64,000 nucleotides of DNA from Gemmatimonadota bacterium. Lineage in GTDB: Bacteria > Gemmatimonadota > Gemmatimonadetes > JACCXV01. Numbering within the stretch: the stretch's first letter is position 1; each line of letters starts with the position of its first letter. The notes under the pieces are model-generated. The model searched no databases, was not told the origin of the DNA, and saw only the letters and a program-made list of their open reading frames with translations. Positions 1 through 9,886 of this stretch are shown in pieces. The stretch spans positions 4,285 to 68,284 of the forward strand of contig DATBJW010000065.1 in the NCBI GenBank assembly GCA_036556205.1, given 5' to 3'. The translations under genes and the position numbers were made by a program.

Positions 1-58
1 GTCGCAACCGACCCGGGAAAGGGCCGAGGCGGGCATCCCATCCCCGGGGGTCGGTCAT
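1..58 (-). CDS. 5' end of a gene running off the window (MTDPRGWDARLGPFPGRLR...)
   Basis: ATG at 58 preceded by a strong GGGAGGGAGGGG Shine-Dalgarno; frame open to the window edge. Confidence 0.5.
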   Translation of the reverse strand, partial: MTDPRGWDARLGPFPGRLR

Positions 59-224
59 CCCCTCCCTCCCGACCGGCCTGCGGCCGGCTGACGCCGACGG
101 CTCGAGCGATCGGGGTTTCGGTGTCGAATTTACGACAGCCACGGATCTGTGACCAGAGGTTTGTCAGAATAATCTACACCGCACAACGTGTCGTGTGTAC
201 CCCCGCCACCGATTCTCGTCCGCC

Positions 225-1478
225 TCAGCGACGGGCCGCAGGCTTCGCGTTCTCGGGCCGACCCGACGCGACGGCAACGGGCCGCCCGCTGGCCGCGCTT
301 CCCGTGGAGATCGCCGGTGCGCCGGATGGCTTCGAGGTGGTCGTCCCCGACGCGGGTGCGGTCCCCGACGCGGCCGCGGTCCTCGGCGCAGGCGCGGTCC
401 TCGGCGCGGGTGCGGTCCCCGGCGCGGGCTGGCTCCCGTTGCCGGCCGGCTCGGTGGCGGCAGGCGCCTCCTTCAGGATTCCCAGCGCTTTCCGCAGATC
501 GCGCTCGATCGCATCGGCGATGTCCGGGTTCTCCTTGAGGAACGCGCGCGTGTTCTCGCGACCCTGCCCCAGCCGGTCCTCCCCATAGGAGAACCAGGCG
601 CCGGACTTCTCCACGATCTTGTTCTCGACGCCCAGGTCGATGAGCAGCCCTTCGCGCGAGATCCCCTCGCCATACAGGATGTCGAACTCCGCTTGCTTGA
701 ACGGTGAGGCGACCTTGTTCTTGACGACCTTCACCCGCACGCGGTTCCCGGTCGCCTCGTCGCCTTCCTTGATGGCGCCGATGCGGCGGATGTCGAGCCG
801 GACCGAGGCGTAGAACTTGAGGGCGCGGCCGCCCGGCGTGGTCTCGGGCGAACCCCAGAGCACGCCGATCTTCTCGCGCATCTGGTTGATGAAGATGACC
901 GACGTGTTCGAGCGCGCGATGGCGGCCGTGAGCTTGCGCAGGGCCTGCGACATGAGCCGCGCCTGGAGCCCCACGTGCGAGTCCCCCATCTCCCCCTCGA
1001 TCTCGGCCTTGGGGACGAGAGCAGCCACCGAGTCCACGACCACAACGTCCACGGCGTTCGAGCGCACGAGCACCTCGGCGATCTCGAGGGCCTGCTCGCC
1101 CGTGTCGGGCTGCGAGACGAGCAGGTTGTCCACCTGGACGCCCAGCTTCCTCGCGTAGTCGGCGTCGAGCGCGTGCTCGGCGTCGATGAAGGCCGCGATG
1201 CCGCCGTTCCTCTGGGCGTTGGCCACGACCTGGAGCGCGATCGTGGTCTTGCCCGAGGACTCGGGGCCGAAGACCTCGGTCACGCGCCCGCGCGGGATCC
1301 CGCCCACGCCGATCGCGGCGTCCAGGTTCAGGGCCCCCGTCGGGATGGCCTCGACGCGGATCCGCTGGTCGGCCCCCAGCCGCATGATCGAACCCTTCCC
1401 GTGCTGCCGCTCGATCTGCCCGATCGCGAGCTCCAGCGCCCGGCTCTTCTCTTCCCTGTCCCTGCGGTTCTCGTCCAT
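225..1478 (-). CDS. recA: Recombinase RecA with a Pro/Ala-rich C-terminal tail
   Basis: GPESSGKTT Walker [44 protein letters not shown]; start moved to ATG 1478 behind an AGGAGAGG RBS. Confidence 0.99.
   Translation of the reverse strand: MDENRRDREEKSRALELAIGQIERQHGKGSIMRLGADQRIRVEAIPTGALNLDAAIGVGGIPRGRVTEVFGPESSGKTTIALQVVANAQRNGGIAAFIDAEHALDADYARKLGVQVDNLLVSQPDTGEQALEIAEVLVRSNAVDVVVVDSVAALVPKAEIEGEMGDSHVGLQARLMSQALRKLTAAIARSNTSVIFINQMREKIGVLWGSPETTPGGRALKFYASVRLDIRRIGAIKEGDEATGNRVRVKVVKNKVASPFKQAEFDILYGEGISREGLLIDLGVENKIVEKSGAWFSYGEDRLGQGRENTRAFLKENPDIADAIERDLRKALGILKEAPAATEPAGNGSQPAPGTAPAPRTAPAPRTAAASGTAPASGTTTSKPSGAPAISTGSAASGRPVAVASGRPENAKPAARR
348..430 (+). repeat. About four degenerate 18-bp tandem repeats encoding the RecA tail (APGT/APRT-type hexapeptides)
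   Basis: gcggtccccgacgcggcc / gcggtcctcggcgcaggc / gcggtcctcggcgcgggt / gcggtccccggcgcgggc. Confidence 0.75.
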
Positions 1479-1560
1479 GATCCTCTCCTGGTCGCGGGCT
1501 TCAGAGTTCAGATCGGCGATCTGCGGCCGTGGGGGCCGCGCGCACACGCGCAGGTGCCGC

Positions 1561-1758
1561 TCACCGGCGCTCTCCCACCGCCGGCGCATGCCGCGGCGCG
1601 GCGAGGAGCGGGAGCTCGAGCTGGCCCGCTTGTACCCGGTCGAGCAATTCGCGGACCGCGTAGCGGACGAGCCAGGCGTGCGAGCGGTCTGCCTCGCGGG
1701 CCAGCTGCCGCAGTCCGGAGAACTCGTCGGGCTCGAAGGAAACGGTTATACGGTGCAC
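1561..1758 (-). CDS. Ribbon-helix-helix (CopG/Arc-like) DNA-binding protein
   Basis: [37 protein letters not shown] fits the beta-strand + helix + helix RHH pattern; 65 aa. Confidence 0.8.
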   Translation of the reverse strand: MHRITVSFEPDEFSGLRQLAREADRSHAWLVRYAVRELLDRVQAGQLELPLLAAPRHAPAVGERR

Positions 1759-1765
1759 GGCGGTG

Positions 1766-1793
1766 AACGTAGCATCACACCACGGGATGTCAA
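1766..1793 (-). promoter_or_regulatory. Sigma70-type promoter of the RHH-recA unit (leaderless)
   Basis: TTGACA-N16-TACGTT with an extended TG; the -10 ends 7 nt before the GTG start at 1758. Confidence 0.7.
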
Positions 1794-1938
1794 GTATTTT
1801 CGGTATTCTATCGGTTTAGGTCACAGCTGACAAGGGCAAACCCGCTGTTTGGAGATTGGTCGGCGGCCTTAAGCCCCACACCGGCCGGATCGAAGGAGAC
1901 GCCTTCCGCAGCCCTCCACCGGCTCTATCTTGGCGCGC

Positions 1939-3654
1939 ATGACGACCCCGACCTTCTGGTCGCGCGCACGGCGGGCCCGCCTTCCACGGGTCCTGCTCGT
2001 CTACCTCGCCGCTTCCTGGGTCGTGGTCCAGGTCGCGAACGAGCTGCGGGAGACGTTGAGCCTGCCCGCCTGGATCTCCCCCGTCGTGCTCCTGCTGCTC
2101 TTGGTCGGGCTCGTGATCATCTCGGCCACGGCTTTTGTGCAGGCGGATCCGTCCGCGCCGGCGCGCGCGAAGCGCGAGGAGATTCCCGAGGCCTGGGAGA
2201 TCGACCTGGGTGACGTGCGCGAATTGGTCGCCGAAGGCCGCCTCCCGCATCTCACCTGGGCGCGCGCGATCCTGGGCGGGGTCGTGGCGTTCTCACTGCT
2301 CTTCGGCCTGGCCGGTGGCTACGTGCTCCTCCGCAACGAGGGGCCGGAGGAGGCCCACGCGCGCGGACGCACGATGGTGGCGGTGCTCCCCTTCGAGAAC
2401 CTGGGCTCGCCCGAGGACGGCTACTTCGCCGACGGCATGACCGAGGAGATCACCGCACGGCTCGCCGGCCTCCAGCAGCTGGGCGTCATCTCCCGCACGA
2501 GCACGCTCCAGTACAAGGGCACGACCAAGCCCATCAAGCAGATCGGCAAGGAACTCGGGGTGGACTAGGTGCTCGAGGGCAGCGTGCGCTGGCAGCCGGG
2601 TGCCGAGGGGAAGAAGCTCGTCCGCATCACGCCTCAGCTCATCAAGGTCTCCGACGACAGCCACGTCTGGGCCGACGTCTACGAGGAGGACTCGGCCGAG
2701 ATCTTTCGCATCCAGTCCGACATCGCCGGCCAGGTCGCCCGGGCTCTGGATGTGACGCTGCAGGGACCCGAGCGGCGCTCCCTCGAAGCGAAGCCCACGG
2801 AGAACCTGGAAGCCTACGACTACTACCTGCAGAGGCGGCAGGGGCGCTTCGACGAAGCCCTGGTCACGCTGAAGCGCGCCGCGGAGCTCGATCCGCGCTC
2901 GGGACCGCGAGCGTTGGAACTCGGGAGCACGCTTCTGATGATGCGGCGATACGCGGAGGCCGAGCCGTATCTCGATCGCGCGATCGCTCTCGTCCCCGAG
3001 ATCGCCGATGCCTATCAGAACAAGTTCCTTCTGTACCTCGACTGGGGCGCCGACACGGTCCGGGCCAGGGCTACGTTGCTGGACGCGATGGGGAAGGCAG
3101 GTGAGGCCCGGGTCCTGTCGGACGCCGCGCGCAACTTCGGGCCGCTCCTGCTCGAGAGGATCATGGGGAGGGACGTGCGCGACAAGCTGATGGCGCTGGA
3201 TGTCTCAGCCTTCTCGCCCGATACCGCCGTCTACTATTGGACGCGCGCCCGAATCCTCCGGGCGGCCGGCCAAGAGGCTCGTGCCCTCGCCTACGCCGAC
3301 TCCGCCCGCGCTCGACTCGAACGCGTGCTCGAGCTGCGCCCGGATGCGGGAGAGGTGCACGCGTCGCTCGGTTTCGCGCTGGCGCTGCTCGGACGTTCGG
3401 AGGAGGCCGTACGGGAGGCGCGGCGAGGTGTCGAGCTCCTGCCCTACTCGAAGGACGCTATCTCACTGACGGCGTGGCGGCTGGCCGGCGTGCTGGCCTT
3501 GGTCGGACAGGATGATGCCGCGGTGGACGAGCTCGAGAGACTGCTGGCTCGTCCAGGCTACATCTCCGCCGACTATCTGCGGATCGACCCCGGCATGGAT
3601 CCCCTCCGCGACAACCCGCGCTTCCAGAAGCTCGTCGCCGAAGGAAAGTCGTAG
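1939..3654 (+). pseudogene. Membrane protein with TolB-like (VAVLPF) and TPR domains, interrupted by an in-frame TAG at 2566-2568
   Basis: ORFs 1930..2568 and 2569..3654 are one frame; ...KELGVD-TAG-VLEGSVR splits the family motif ELGVDYVLEGSV; N-terminal TM helices; C-terminal TPRs and LRIDPGMDPLRDNPRF motif. Confidence 0.75.
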
Positions 3655-3685
3655 GCGGCGGAGATCCGGACGACGGCCGCCAATC

Positions 3686-5011
3686 TCACCCCCGCATCGA
3701 GATCGACCTCTCCGCCTGCCGCCGGTCCTGATAGACCGGCGCCGTGTCGTTGAGCGTGCGCTCGGTGATGAGCCGCGCGCCCCGCTGGTAGGTGACGTAG
3801 GCCCAGGCCCACTGGATGAGCACGAGGAGCCGGTTCCTGAAGCCGATCAGGAAAAAGATGTGGATCATGAGCCAGGCCATCCAGGCGACGAAGCCCCACA
3901 AGTGGAAGCGTCCCAGCTCGGCGATCGCCGCGGCCCGGCCGATCGTGGCCAGATTCCCCTTGTCCCGATAGTGGAACGGCCGCGTCGGACGGCCCGCGAC
4001 CCGGTTTTGGATATTTTCCGCCGCCGATCGGGCCTGTTGCATGGCGACCGGCGCGACACCCGGTAGCGGCTCTCCCGTCTGGTGGGTGAAGACGGCCATG
4101 TCCCCGATCGCGAAGGCCTCGGGGTGGCCCGGAATCGAGAGGTCCGGCTCCACGATCACGCGGCCGACTTTGTCGAGCGGTACGCCCAGCGTGCGAGTCA
4201 ACGGAGAGGCCACATTGCCGGCGGCCCAGAACACGTTCCGCGCCGGGATGCGCTCGCCCCCGACCTGCACGCCCTGCCGGTCCACGCCAGTGACGATCGA
4301 GTTCGTGCGGACCTCCACGCCGAGCTTCTCGAGCTGGCGCCGTGCTTTCTCGGACAGATCCGCAGGATAGCTCGGGAGGACGCGCGGCCCACCCTCCAGC
4401 AGGAGCACGCGCGCTTCGCGCGGGTCGAAGGTGCGGAAATCGCGGCGCATCGTGTGGCGCGCGATCTCGCTCATGGCGCCGGCCAGCTCGACGCCCGTCG
4501 GCCCCCCGCCCACGATCACGAACGTCAGCAACGGCCGCCGGCGCACGGGATCGGGCTCGAGCTCGGCGTTCTCGAAGGCGGTCAGGAAGCGCTGGCGGAT
4601 CTCACGCGCGTCGGCGAGGCTCTTCAGGCCCGGCGCCAGGGGTTCCCACTCGTCGTGACCGAAGTAGGCGTGGCGCGATCCCGTCGCCAGGATCAGGTAG
4701 TCGTACCCCATCTCCAGCGGGACCTGATCGTCCTCGATCACGACGCGCCGGCGGGTCAGGTCCACCGAACGGACCTCGGCGAGGAGGACCCGCGTGTTCC
4801 TCTGCCGTTTGAGCACCCAGCGGATCGGCTGCGCGATGTCGCTGGGGGCCAGGGAGGCGGTGGCGACCTGATAGAGGAGCGGCTGGAAGAGGTGATGGTT
4901 GCTGCGGTCCAGCAGCGTGACACGCACCGGGGCGCGTCGCAGATGGCGGGCGGCGAAGAGACCGCCGAACCCGCCGCCGACCACGACGATCTGCGGCAGC
5001 GCGCGGGCCAT
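3686..5011 (-). CDS. ndh: Type II NADH dehydrogenase (NDH-2)-like FAD oxidoreductase
   Basis: VVVGGGFGG, HLFQPLLYQVAT, VIVGGGPTGVELAG, AIGD, C-terminal GARLI. Confidence 0.92.
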   Translation of the reverse strand: MARALPQIVVVGGGFGGLFAARHLRRAPVRVTLLDRSNHHLFQPLLYQVATASLAPSDIAQPIRWVLKRQRNTRVLLAEVRSVDLTRRRVVIEDDQVPLEMGYDYLILATGSRHAYFGHDEWEPLAPGLKSLADAREIRQRFLTAFENAELEPDPVRRRPLLTFVIVGGGPTGVELAGAMSEIARHTMRRDFRTFDPREARVLLLEGGPRVLPSYPADLSEKARRQLEKLGVEVRTNSIVTGVDRQGVQVGGERIPARNVFWAAGNVASPLTRTLGVPLDKVGRVIVEPDLSIPGHPEAFAIGDMAVFTHQTGEPLPGVAPVAMQQARSAAENIQNRVAGRPTRPFHYRDKGNLATIGRAAAIAELGRFHLWGFVAWMAWLMIHIFFLIGFRNRLLVLIQWAWAYVTYQRGARLITERTLNDTAPVYQDRRQAERSISMRG

Positions 5012-5021
5012 GGAACGAACC

Positions 5022-5654
5022 CTAGCCGGCGTTGGACCGGACGAGCGTCAGGAACTCGGAGCGCGTCTTCTCGTCCTTGCGGAAGTGGCCCAGCATGGCG
5101 GACGTGATCGCCACCGAATGCTGCTTCTCGGCTCCGCGCATGGTCATGCACAGGTGCCGCGCCTCGACGATCACGCCCACCCCCTTGGGCTCGAGCGCCC
5201 GCATGAGGGTTTCCGCGATCTGCGTCGTGAGCCGCTCCTGAACCTGGAGCCGGCGGGCGAAGGCGTCCACCAGCCGGGCGATCTTGGAGAGGCCGAGAAT
5301 CTTCCCGTCCGGCAGATAGCCGACGTGGCACTTGCCGAAGAAGGGCAGGAGGTGGTGCTCGCAGAGACTGTAGAGCTCGATGTCCTTCAGGATCACCATC
5401 TCCTCGTAGTGCTCGCTGAAGAACGCCTCGTTCAGGATCGCGTCCACGTCCTGCTCGTAGCCGCGCGTGAGCTCCCGCAGGGCCCGCGCCACGCGAAGGG
5501 GCGTCTTGAGCAGTCCCTCGCGGGCCGGGTCTTCCCCGACGGCCCGCAGGAGGGCGGCCACGTGCTCGGCCATGGCGTCGGACGACGCCCGCCGTCCATC
5601 CTCGGAGGCCCGGCGCCGGGCGGGAGTGGTCTTGCGATCGTGGCGGAGGGTCAT
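5022..5654 (-). CDS. folE: GTP cyclohydrolase I
   Basis: [49 protein letters not shown]. Confidence 0.97.
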   Translation of the reverse strand: MTLRHDRKTTPARRRASEDGRRASSDAMAEHVAALLRAVGEDPAREGLLKTPLRVARALRELTRGYEQDVDAILNEAFFSEHYEEMVILKDIELYSLCEHHLLPFFGKCHVGYLPDGKILGLSKIARLVDAFARRLQVQERLTTQIAETLMRALEPKGVGVIVEARHLCMTMRGAEKQHSVAITSAMLGHFRKDEKTRSEFLTLVRSNAG

Positions 5655-5661
5655 GGCGCGC

Positions 5662-6039
5662 TCATCCCGCGGACTCGATCAGCTCGATCTCGATCCCGTC
5701 GGGATCCTTGATGAAGGCGATCCGCGAGCCACCTGGCGTGACCTGGTAGGGCCCGCGTGTGAACGAGATCCCCAGCCGCTCCAGCCGGTCCTTCTCGGCG
5801 TCCAGGTCGGCGACCGCGAAGGCGAAGTGGCCGAACTGGTTCCCCAGCTGGTAGTCCCGCCCGTCGTGGTTGTAGGTGAGCTCGATCCGGTGCTCGCCCC
5901 CGTCGGTCAGGAACAGGATCGTGGCGTCGGCCTTGGCCAGGACGCGGCGGCTCTCCTCGCGCATCCCGAGCACGTCCCGGTACCAGCCCACCGAGCGCTC
6001 GAGGTCCTTGACCCGGATCATCGTATGGAGGAGTCGCAC
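5662..6039 (-). CDS. gloA: VOC-family protein, lactoylglutathione lyase-like
   Basis: [40 protein letters not shown]. Confidence 0.85.
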   Translation of the reverse strand: MRLLHTMIRVKDLERSVGWYRDVLGMREESRRVLAKADATILFLTDGGEHRIELTYNHDGRDYQLGNQFGHFAFAVADLDAEKDRLERLGISFTRGPYQVTPGGSRIAFIKDPDGIEIELIESAG

Positions 6040-6108
6040 GGCCGTCCGCCCCTGTTGGAGACCCGGTGGCCTCCCGTCCCCGCAGGACCGGAATCGGTCC
6101 CCGGCAGG

Positions 6109-6137
6109 TTGTTCGGCCCCGGACCCACAAATATACT
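6109..6137 (+). promoter_or_regulatory. Sigma70-type promoter for the M61 peptidase
   Basis: TTGTTC-N17-TATACT, followed by an AAGGAG RBS before ATG 6166. Confidence 0.6.
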
Positions 6138-6165
6138 ACTCGGCCGCCCGACCAAGGAGACGCCG

Positions 6166-8019
6166 ATGAAGTGGCTCGCCCTTTCCACGCTGCTCGTCGC
6201 GGCGTGGGGCGCTCGAACCGACGCCCAGCAGGTGAACGAGTACACGCTGAGCTGGCGGGATCCCGCGACACACCTCTACGACGTCTCGCTCACGTTCGCG
6301 ACCGAGGGGCGGGACTCGGTGGACCTGCAGCTGCCCGTCTGGCGCCCCGGCCGCTACGTGCGTCAGAGCTACGCGGCCAACGTGCAGGAGTTCTCGGCTC
6401 ACAAGGGAGGCGACGCGCTCGCGTTCCGGAAGTCCGGGATCTCCACCTGGCGCGTGTCCACGGGCGGGGCCTCGCGCGTCACCGTGCGCTACCGCTACTA
6501 CGCGAACACGATGGACGCGGGAGCCAGCGTCCTCTCCGCGGGCGAGGCGTATTTCAACCCGGTCAACCTGTTCGTCTATCCGGAGGGCCAGATCGAGCGC
6601 CCGCTGCGGCTCACGATCGAAGCGCCGCGCACCTGGAAGATCGCCACGGCCCTGGTCCCGGCGGACAAGCCCGACGTCTTCAGCGCGCCGGACTACCACA
6701 CGCTGGCCGACTCGCCGACGATCGTGAGCCCCACGCTCGAGAGCCTGCAGTTCACGGTCGACGACGTCCCCTACACGCTCTGGTTCCAGGGCCGCTTCGA
6801 ACCGGGAGCCTACCGCGAGCGAATCGAGCCCGACGTCGAGAAGATCGTCCGCCTCCAGACCGGGATCTTCGGGGGAGCGCCCTTCGACGAGTACTTCTTC
6901 CTGTTCCACCTGCTGCCCTACCCGTTCGGGCACGCCGTCGAGCACGCGAACTCCTCCTCGTACGCGATCCAGGACAACGCGTTCGAGAGTGACGCGAACT
7001 ACGCCGGCTTCCTCTCGATCGTCGCCCACGAGTTCTTCCACGCCTGGAACGTGAAGCGCATCCGGCCCGCCGCACTCTGGCCCTACGACTACACGCGCGA
7101 GCAGCTGACCGGCCTGCACTGGTTCACCGAGGGCGTCACGAGCTACTACGAGGCGCTCACCCTGCGCCGCACGGGCCTCGAACCGGTGGAGACGTTCCTC
7201 GGCAACATGGGCCAGCAGATCGACGCGCTGCAGAAGACACCCGGCCGCAGCGTCGTGCCGGCCTCGCTGGCCTCGTGGGACAGCTGGCTCTCGGGCTATG
7301 GGCAGGGGAACCCGAACATCAGCGTCAACTTCTACGGCAAGGGCGCGATCCTGGGCTTCCTGCTGGACGCCCGGATCCGCGACCTGACCGACGGCGCGCG
7401 ATCGCTGGACGACCTGATGCGGCACCTCTTCGAGACCTCTTTCAAGCAGGGCCGCGGTGTGCCGGAGGACGGCGTGCGGCTGGCCGCCGAGGCGGTCACG
7501 GGCAGCTCGTTCGCTGACTTCTTCGCGCGCTACGTGGACGGCACCGAGGAGCTGCCCTACGACGACGTCCTGGGTCCCTTCGGCCTGCAGGTGCGGGCGG
7601 CCCCCGACCCGACACGCCCCGAAGCGACCCTGCGGGTGCGCACTCGACCGGGTGGCGAGCGCCCCGTCGTGGTCTCCATCGACCCGGACTCGCCGGCACT
7701 CACGGCCGGCCTCGACACCGGCGACGAGATCGTCGCGGTGAACGGGACCCTCGCACCCGCCGGCGGCTGGGAGGCGCTCCTCGCCGACAGCAAGCCGGGC
7801 GACGAGGTGCGCCTCACGGTGCTCCGGCGTGATCAGGTGCTCGAGATGGAGATCGAAGCGGCCGGCGGGGGGAACGTGCGCTGGACCCTGGAGCGTCGCG
7901 CCGAGACCGACGCGCGCCAGGACCGGCTCTTCGACGGCTGGCTCGGCGCGGCCGGCGAGGCTCCCGCGACGGCCGGTCGGCGCCTCGAGCGCGCCGCTCC
8001 TCGCGCCGCGACCGGCTAG
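6166..8019 (+). CDS. Secreted M61-family (glycyl) aminopeptidase with C-terminal PDZ domain
   Basis: Signal peptide MKWLALSTLLVAAWGA, LPVWRPGRY, HEFFHAWNVKRIRP (HExxH), WFTEGVTSYY, GLDTGDEIVAVNG; start set at ATG 6166. Confidence 0.93.
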   Translation: MKWLALSTLLVAAWGARTDAQQVNEYTLSWRDPATHLYDVSLTFATEGRDSVDLQLPVWRPGRYVRQSYAANVQEFSAHKGGDALAFRKSGISTWRVSTGGASRVTVRYRYYANTMDAGASVLSAGEAYFNPVNLFVYPEGQIERPLRLTIEAPRTWKIATALVPADKPDVFSAPDYHTLADSPTIVSPTLESLQFTVDDVPYTLWFQGRFEPGAYRERIEPDVEKIVRLQTGIFGGAPFDEYFFLFHLLPYPFGHAVEHANSSSYAIQDNAFESDANYAGFLSIVAHEFFHAWNVKRIRPAALWPYDYTREQLTGLHWFTEGVTSYYEALTLRRTGLEPVETFLGNMGQQIDALQKTPGRSVVPASLASWDSWLSGYGQGNPNISVNFYGKGAILGFLLDARIRDLTDGARSLDDLMRHLFETSFKQGRGVPEDGVRLAAEAVTGSSFADFFARYVDGTEELPYDDVLGPFGLQVRAAPDPTRPEATLRVRTRPGGERPVVVSIDPDSPALTAGLDTGDEIVAVNGTLAPAGGWEALLADSKPGDEVRLTVLRRDQVLEMEIEAAGGGNVRWTLERRAETDARQDRLFDGWLGAAGEAPATAGRRLERAAPRAATG

Positions 8020-8046
8020 GCACCGCTCAGCCGGCGGTCGCGGCCC

Positions 8047-8712
8047 TCAGCCGCGTCGCTCGTCCCGGACCCCGGCCACCGCACCACCCTCCATCAGGAT
8101 CAACTCCTCGGCCAGGGCCTCGGCTTCCTGCGCATCATGCGTCACGAGCACGGTCGGGACGCGCGTGCGGTCCAGGATGCTCTGCAGCTCGCCCACGACC
8201 TCGTCCCGTGTCTGGCGGTCGAGTGCCGCGAACGGCTCGTCCAGAAGCAGCACCGCCGGATCCGAGGCCAGCGCGCGGGCGATGGCCACCCGCTGACGCT
8301 GACCTCCCGAGATCTCCCGCGGGTAGCGCTCCACGAGGCCCTCCAGCCGGCAGAGCGCGACGAGTTCGGCGAGGGCCGCGTCGCGCCCCGCGCGCCCGTT
8401 CTCCGGGAAGCCGAAGAGCACGTTCTGCCGCACGGTCAGATGCGGGAAGAGCGCGTAGTGCTGGAACACGAAGCCGATCCGCCGCCGGTGCGGCGGGACG
8501 TTCACCCCCGCGCTCGAGTCGAAGAGCAAGCGCTCCCCGATCCGGATCCGCCCCCGGTCGGGACGCTCCAGGCCCGCGATGCAGCGCAGCGTGAGTGTCT
8601 TGCCGCAGCCCGACCGGCCGAGCAGGGCGACCACTCCGCGCGAGCTCTCCCAGCGGGCGTCGAGCGTGAAGCCCGGAAGCTCCTTGCGGCAATCGAAGGA
8701 GATCCAGCTCAC
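8047..8712 (-). CDS. ABC transporter ATP-binding protein, ModC-like
   Basis: GRSGCGKT, PPHRRRIGFVFQHYALFPHL, ISGGQRQR, LLLDEPF; GTG 8712 overlaps the upstream stop. Confidence 0.85.
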   Translation of the reverse strand: MSWISFDCRKELPGFTLDARWESSRGVVALLGRSGCGKTLTLRCIAGLERPDRGRIRIGERLLFDSSAGVNVPPHRRRIGFVFQHYALFPHLTVRQNVLFGFPENGRAGRDAALAELVALCRLEGLVERYPREISGGQRQRVAIARALASDPAVLLLDEPFAALDRQTRDEVVGELQSILDRTRVPTVLVTHDAQEAEALAEELILMEGGAVAGVRDERRG

Positions 8713-9299
8713 GGCCGGCCGTCCGCCCGGCGCAGGGCCTCGGCCAGCGCGCGCGGGGCCGGACGACTCCAGAGCCAGAGCGCGAGTGCCAGCGTGAAAT
8801 AGAGCGTGAGCGTCAGGCGCGGGGCCGGCTGGAGCGCCAGGGCCAGCGTGAGGCCCACCAGCGCCAGCGCCTCGGCGGCCGCCCACTGCAGCACGGAGAG
8901 GCCCAGGAAACGCACGGCCACGGCACGCGCCGCCGAGACCCGCACCACCGGTGCGCCCGCAGGCGACACACCCGGGCCCGGTCGCTCCGGCGACCGGGCG
9001 GGCGGCCCAACGGCCCCGCGCCGGGCCAGCGCCTGGGGGTCCCGCAGGCGGGCCCGCAGGGTTCCGACGAGGTAGGCGGCGGAGAGGAACAGAAGGGCGA
9101 AGAGCGTGAGATGCGCCGAGGGAGACAGCGGCCCGCCGGCGTCCTCGATCCGCACCACCCGCTCCCGCTGGAGGTAGAGGAGCAAGGCGAACTCGGCCAG
9201 GATCGACAGGCCGATGGCGCCCCAGATCGCGTACAGCCCGGCCGCCAGCGACCCGGGATCGGGCTCGGGCAGCTGTCTCCGCGGGCCGAGCCCGCTCAC
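8709..9299 (-). CDS. Hypothetical membrane protein (about 4 TM)
   Basis: Hydrophobic segments (YAIWGAIGLSILAEFALLLYL, LTLFALLFLSAAYLVG, QWAAAEALALVGLTLALAL); packed in the operon; start inferred. Confidence 0.6.
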   Translation of the reverse strand: MSGLGPRRQLPEPDPGSLAAGLYAIWGAIGLSILAEFALLLYLQRERVVRIEDAGGPLSPSAHLTLFALLFLSAAYLVGTLRARLRDPQALARRGAVGPPARSPERPGPGVSPAGAPVVRVSAARAVAVRFLGLSVLQWAAAEALALVGLTLALALQPAPRLTLTLYFTLALALWLWSRPAPRALAEALRRADGRP

Positions 9300-9316
9300 C
9301 CGCCGCTCTCCTCGGC

Positions 9317-9886
9317 CTACGCGAAGCCGGACAGCTTGGCGGCCGTCCACTCCAGCAGGCGCACGTCCTGCTCGTCGAAGGCGTCGAGAAGGTCGCTGTC
9401 TACGTCGATCTCGCCCAGAACCTCGCGGTCGCGCAGGATGGGCACCACGATCTCCGAGCGCGTGGAGGCGAAGCAGGCGATGAACTGCTCGTTCTGGCTC
9501 ACATCGGGAACGATCTCCGTCTCCCCCGACTCGGCCGCGAGGCCGCAGATCCCCTCGCCGATCTTGATGCGCGTGTGCTCGGTCTCCTCGGACCCCGCCC
9601 AGGCCGCCAGCTCCAGCTCGTCCCCGTCCACCATGTAGATCCCCACCCACGAGTAGTGGTTGAGCTCGTGGTAGAGGATCTCGCACACGCTCTCCTGCGC
9701 CTCCAGCGGGCCCGACGCCTCGCGAAAGACGCTCGAGAGGAGGCGCCGAATCTCCTCGTAGGCCAGGGGGTCCCGCTCGGGCGCGGGAGAGCTGTCCGGA
9801 GGTGGCTGAGATGCGCGGCGTGGCGGGGGCGGGGCCGCGGAGCGGGCGGTCGCGGACGCCCCGGAACGCTTGCGGCTCTTCGTCAT
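9317..9886 (-). CDS. GAF-domain protein, free methionine-(R)-sulfoxide reductase (MsrC/YebR)-like
   Basis: SWVGIY, GEGICG, IAC..TRSEIVVP, GEIDVDS; ATG 9886 with an AAGGAGG RBS. Confidence 0.8.
   Translation of the reverse strand: MTKSRKRSGASATARSAAPPPPRRASQPPPDSSPAPERDPLAYEEIRRLLSSVFREASGPLEAQESVCEILYHELNHYSWVGIYMVDGDELELAAWAGSEETEHTRIKIGEGICGLAAESGETEIVPDVSQNEQFIACFASTRSEIVVPILRDREVLGEIDVDSDLLDAFDEQDVRLLEWTAAKLSGFA

Noticed and set aside
1820-1890. AAGGGCAAACC motif suggestive of a c-di-GMP-I riboswitch
   Set aside because: The downstream GNRA-capped P2 and GGGACGCAAAGC element are missing, and the downstream gene looks leaderless.
2566-2568. Genome-wide TAG recoding or pyrrolysine read-through
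   Set aside because: Several intact genes here end in TAG (e.g. 3654, 8019, 63852), and no pyl genes are in the window.
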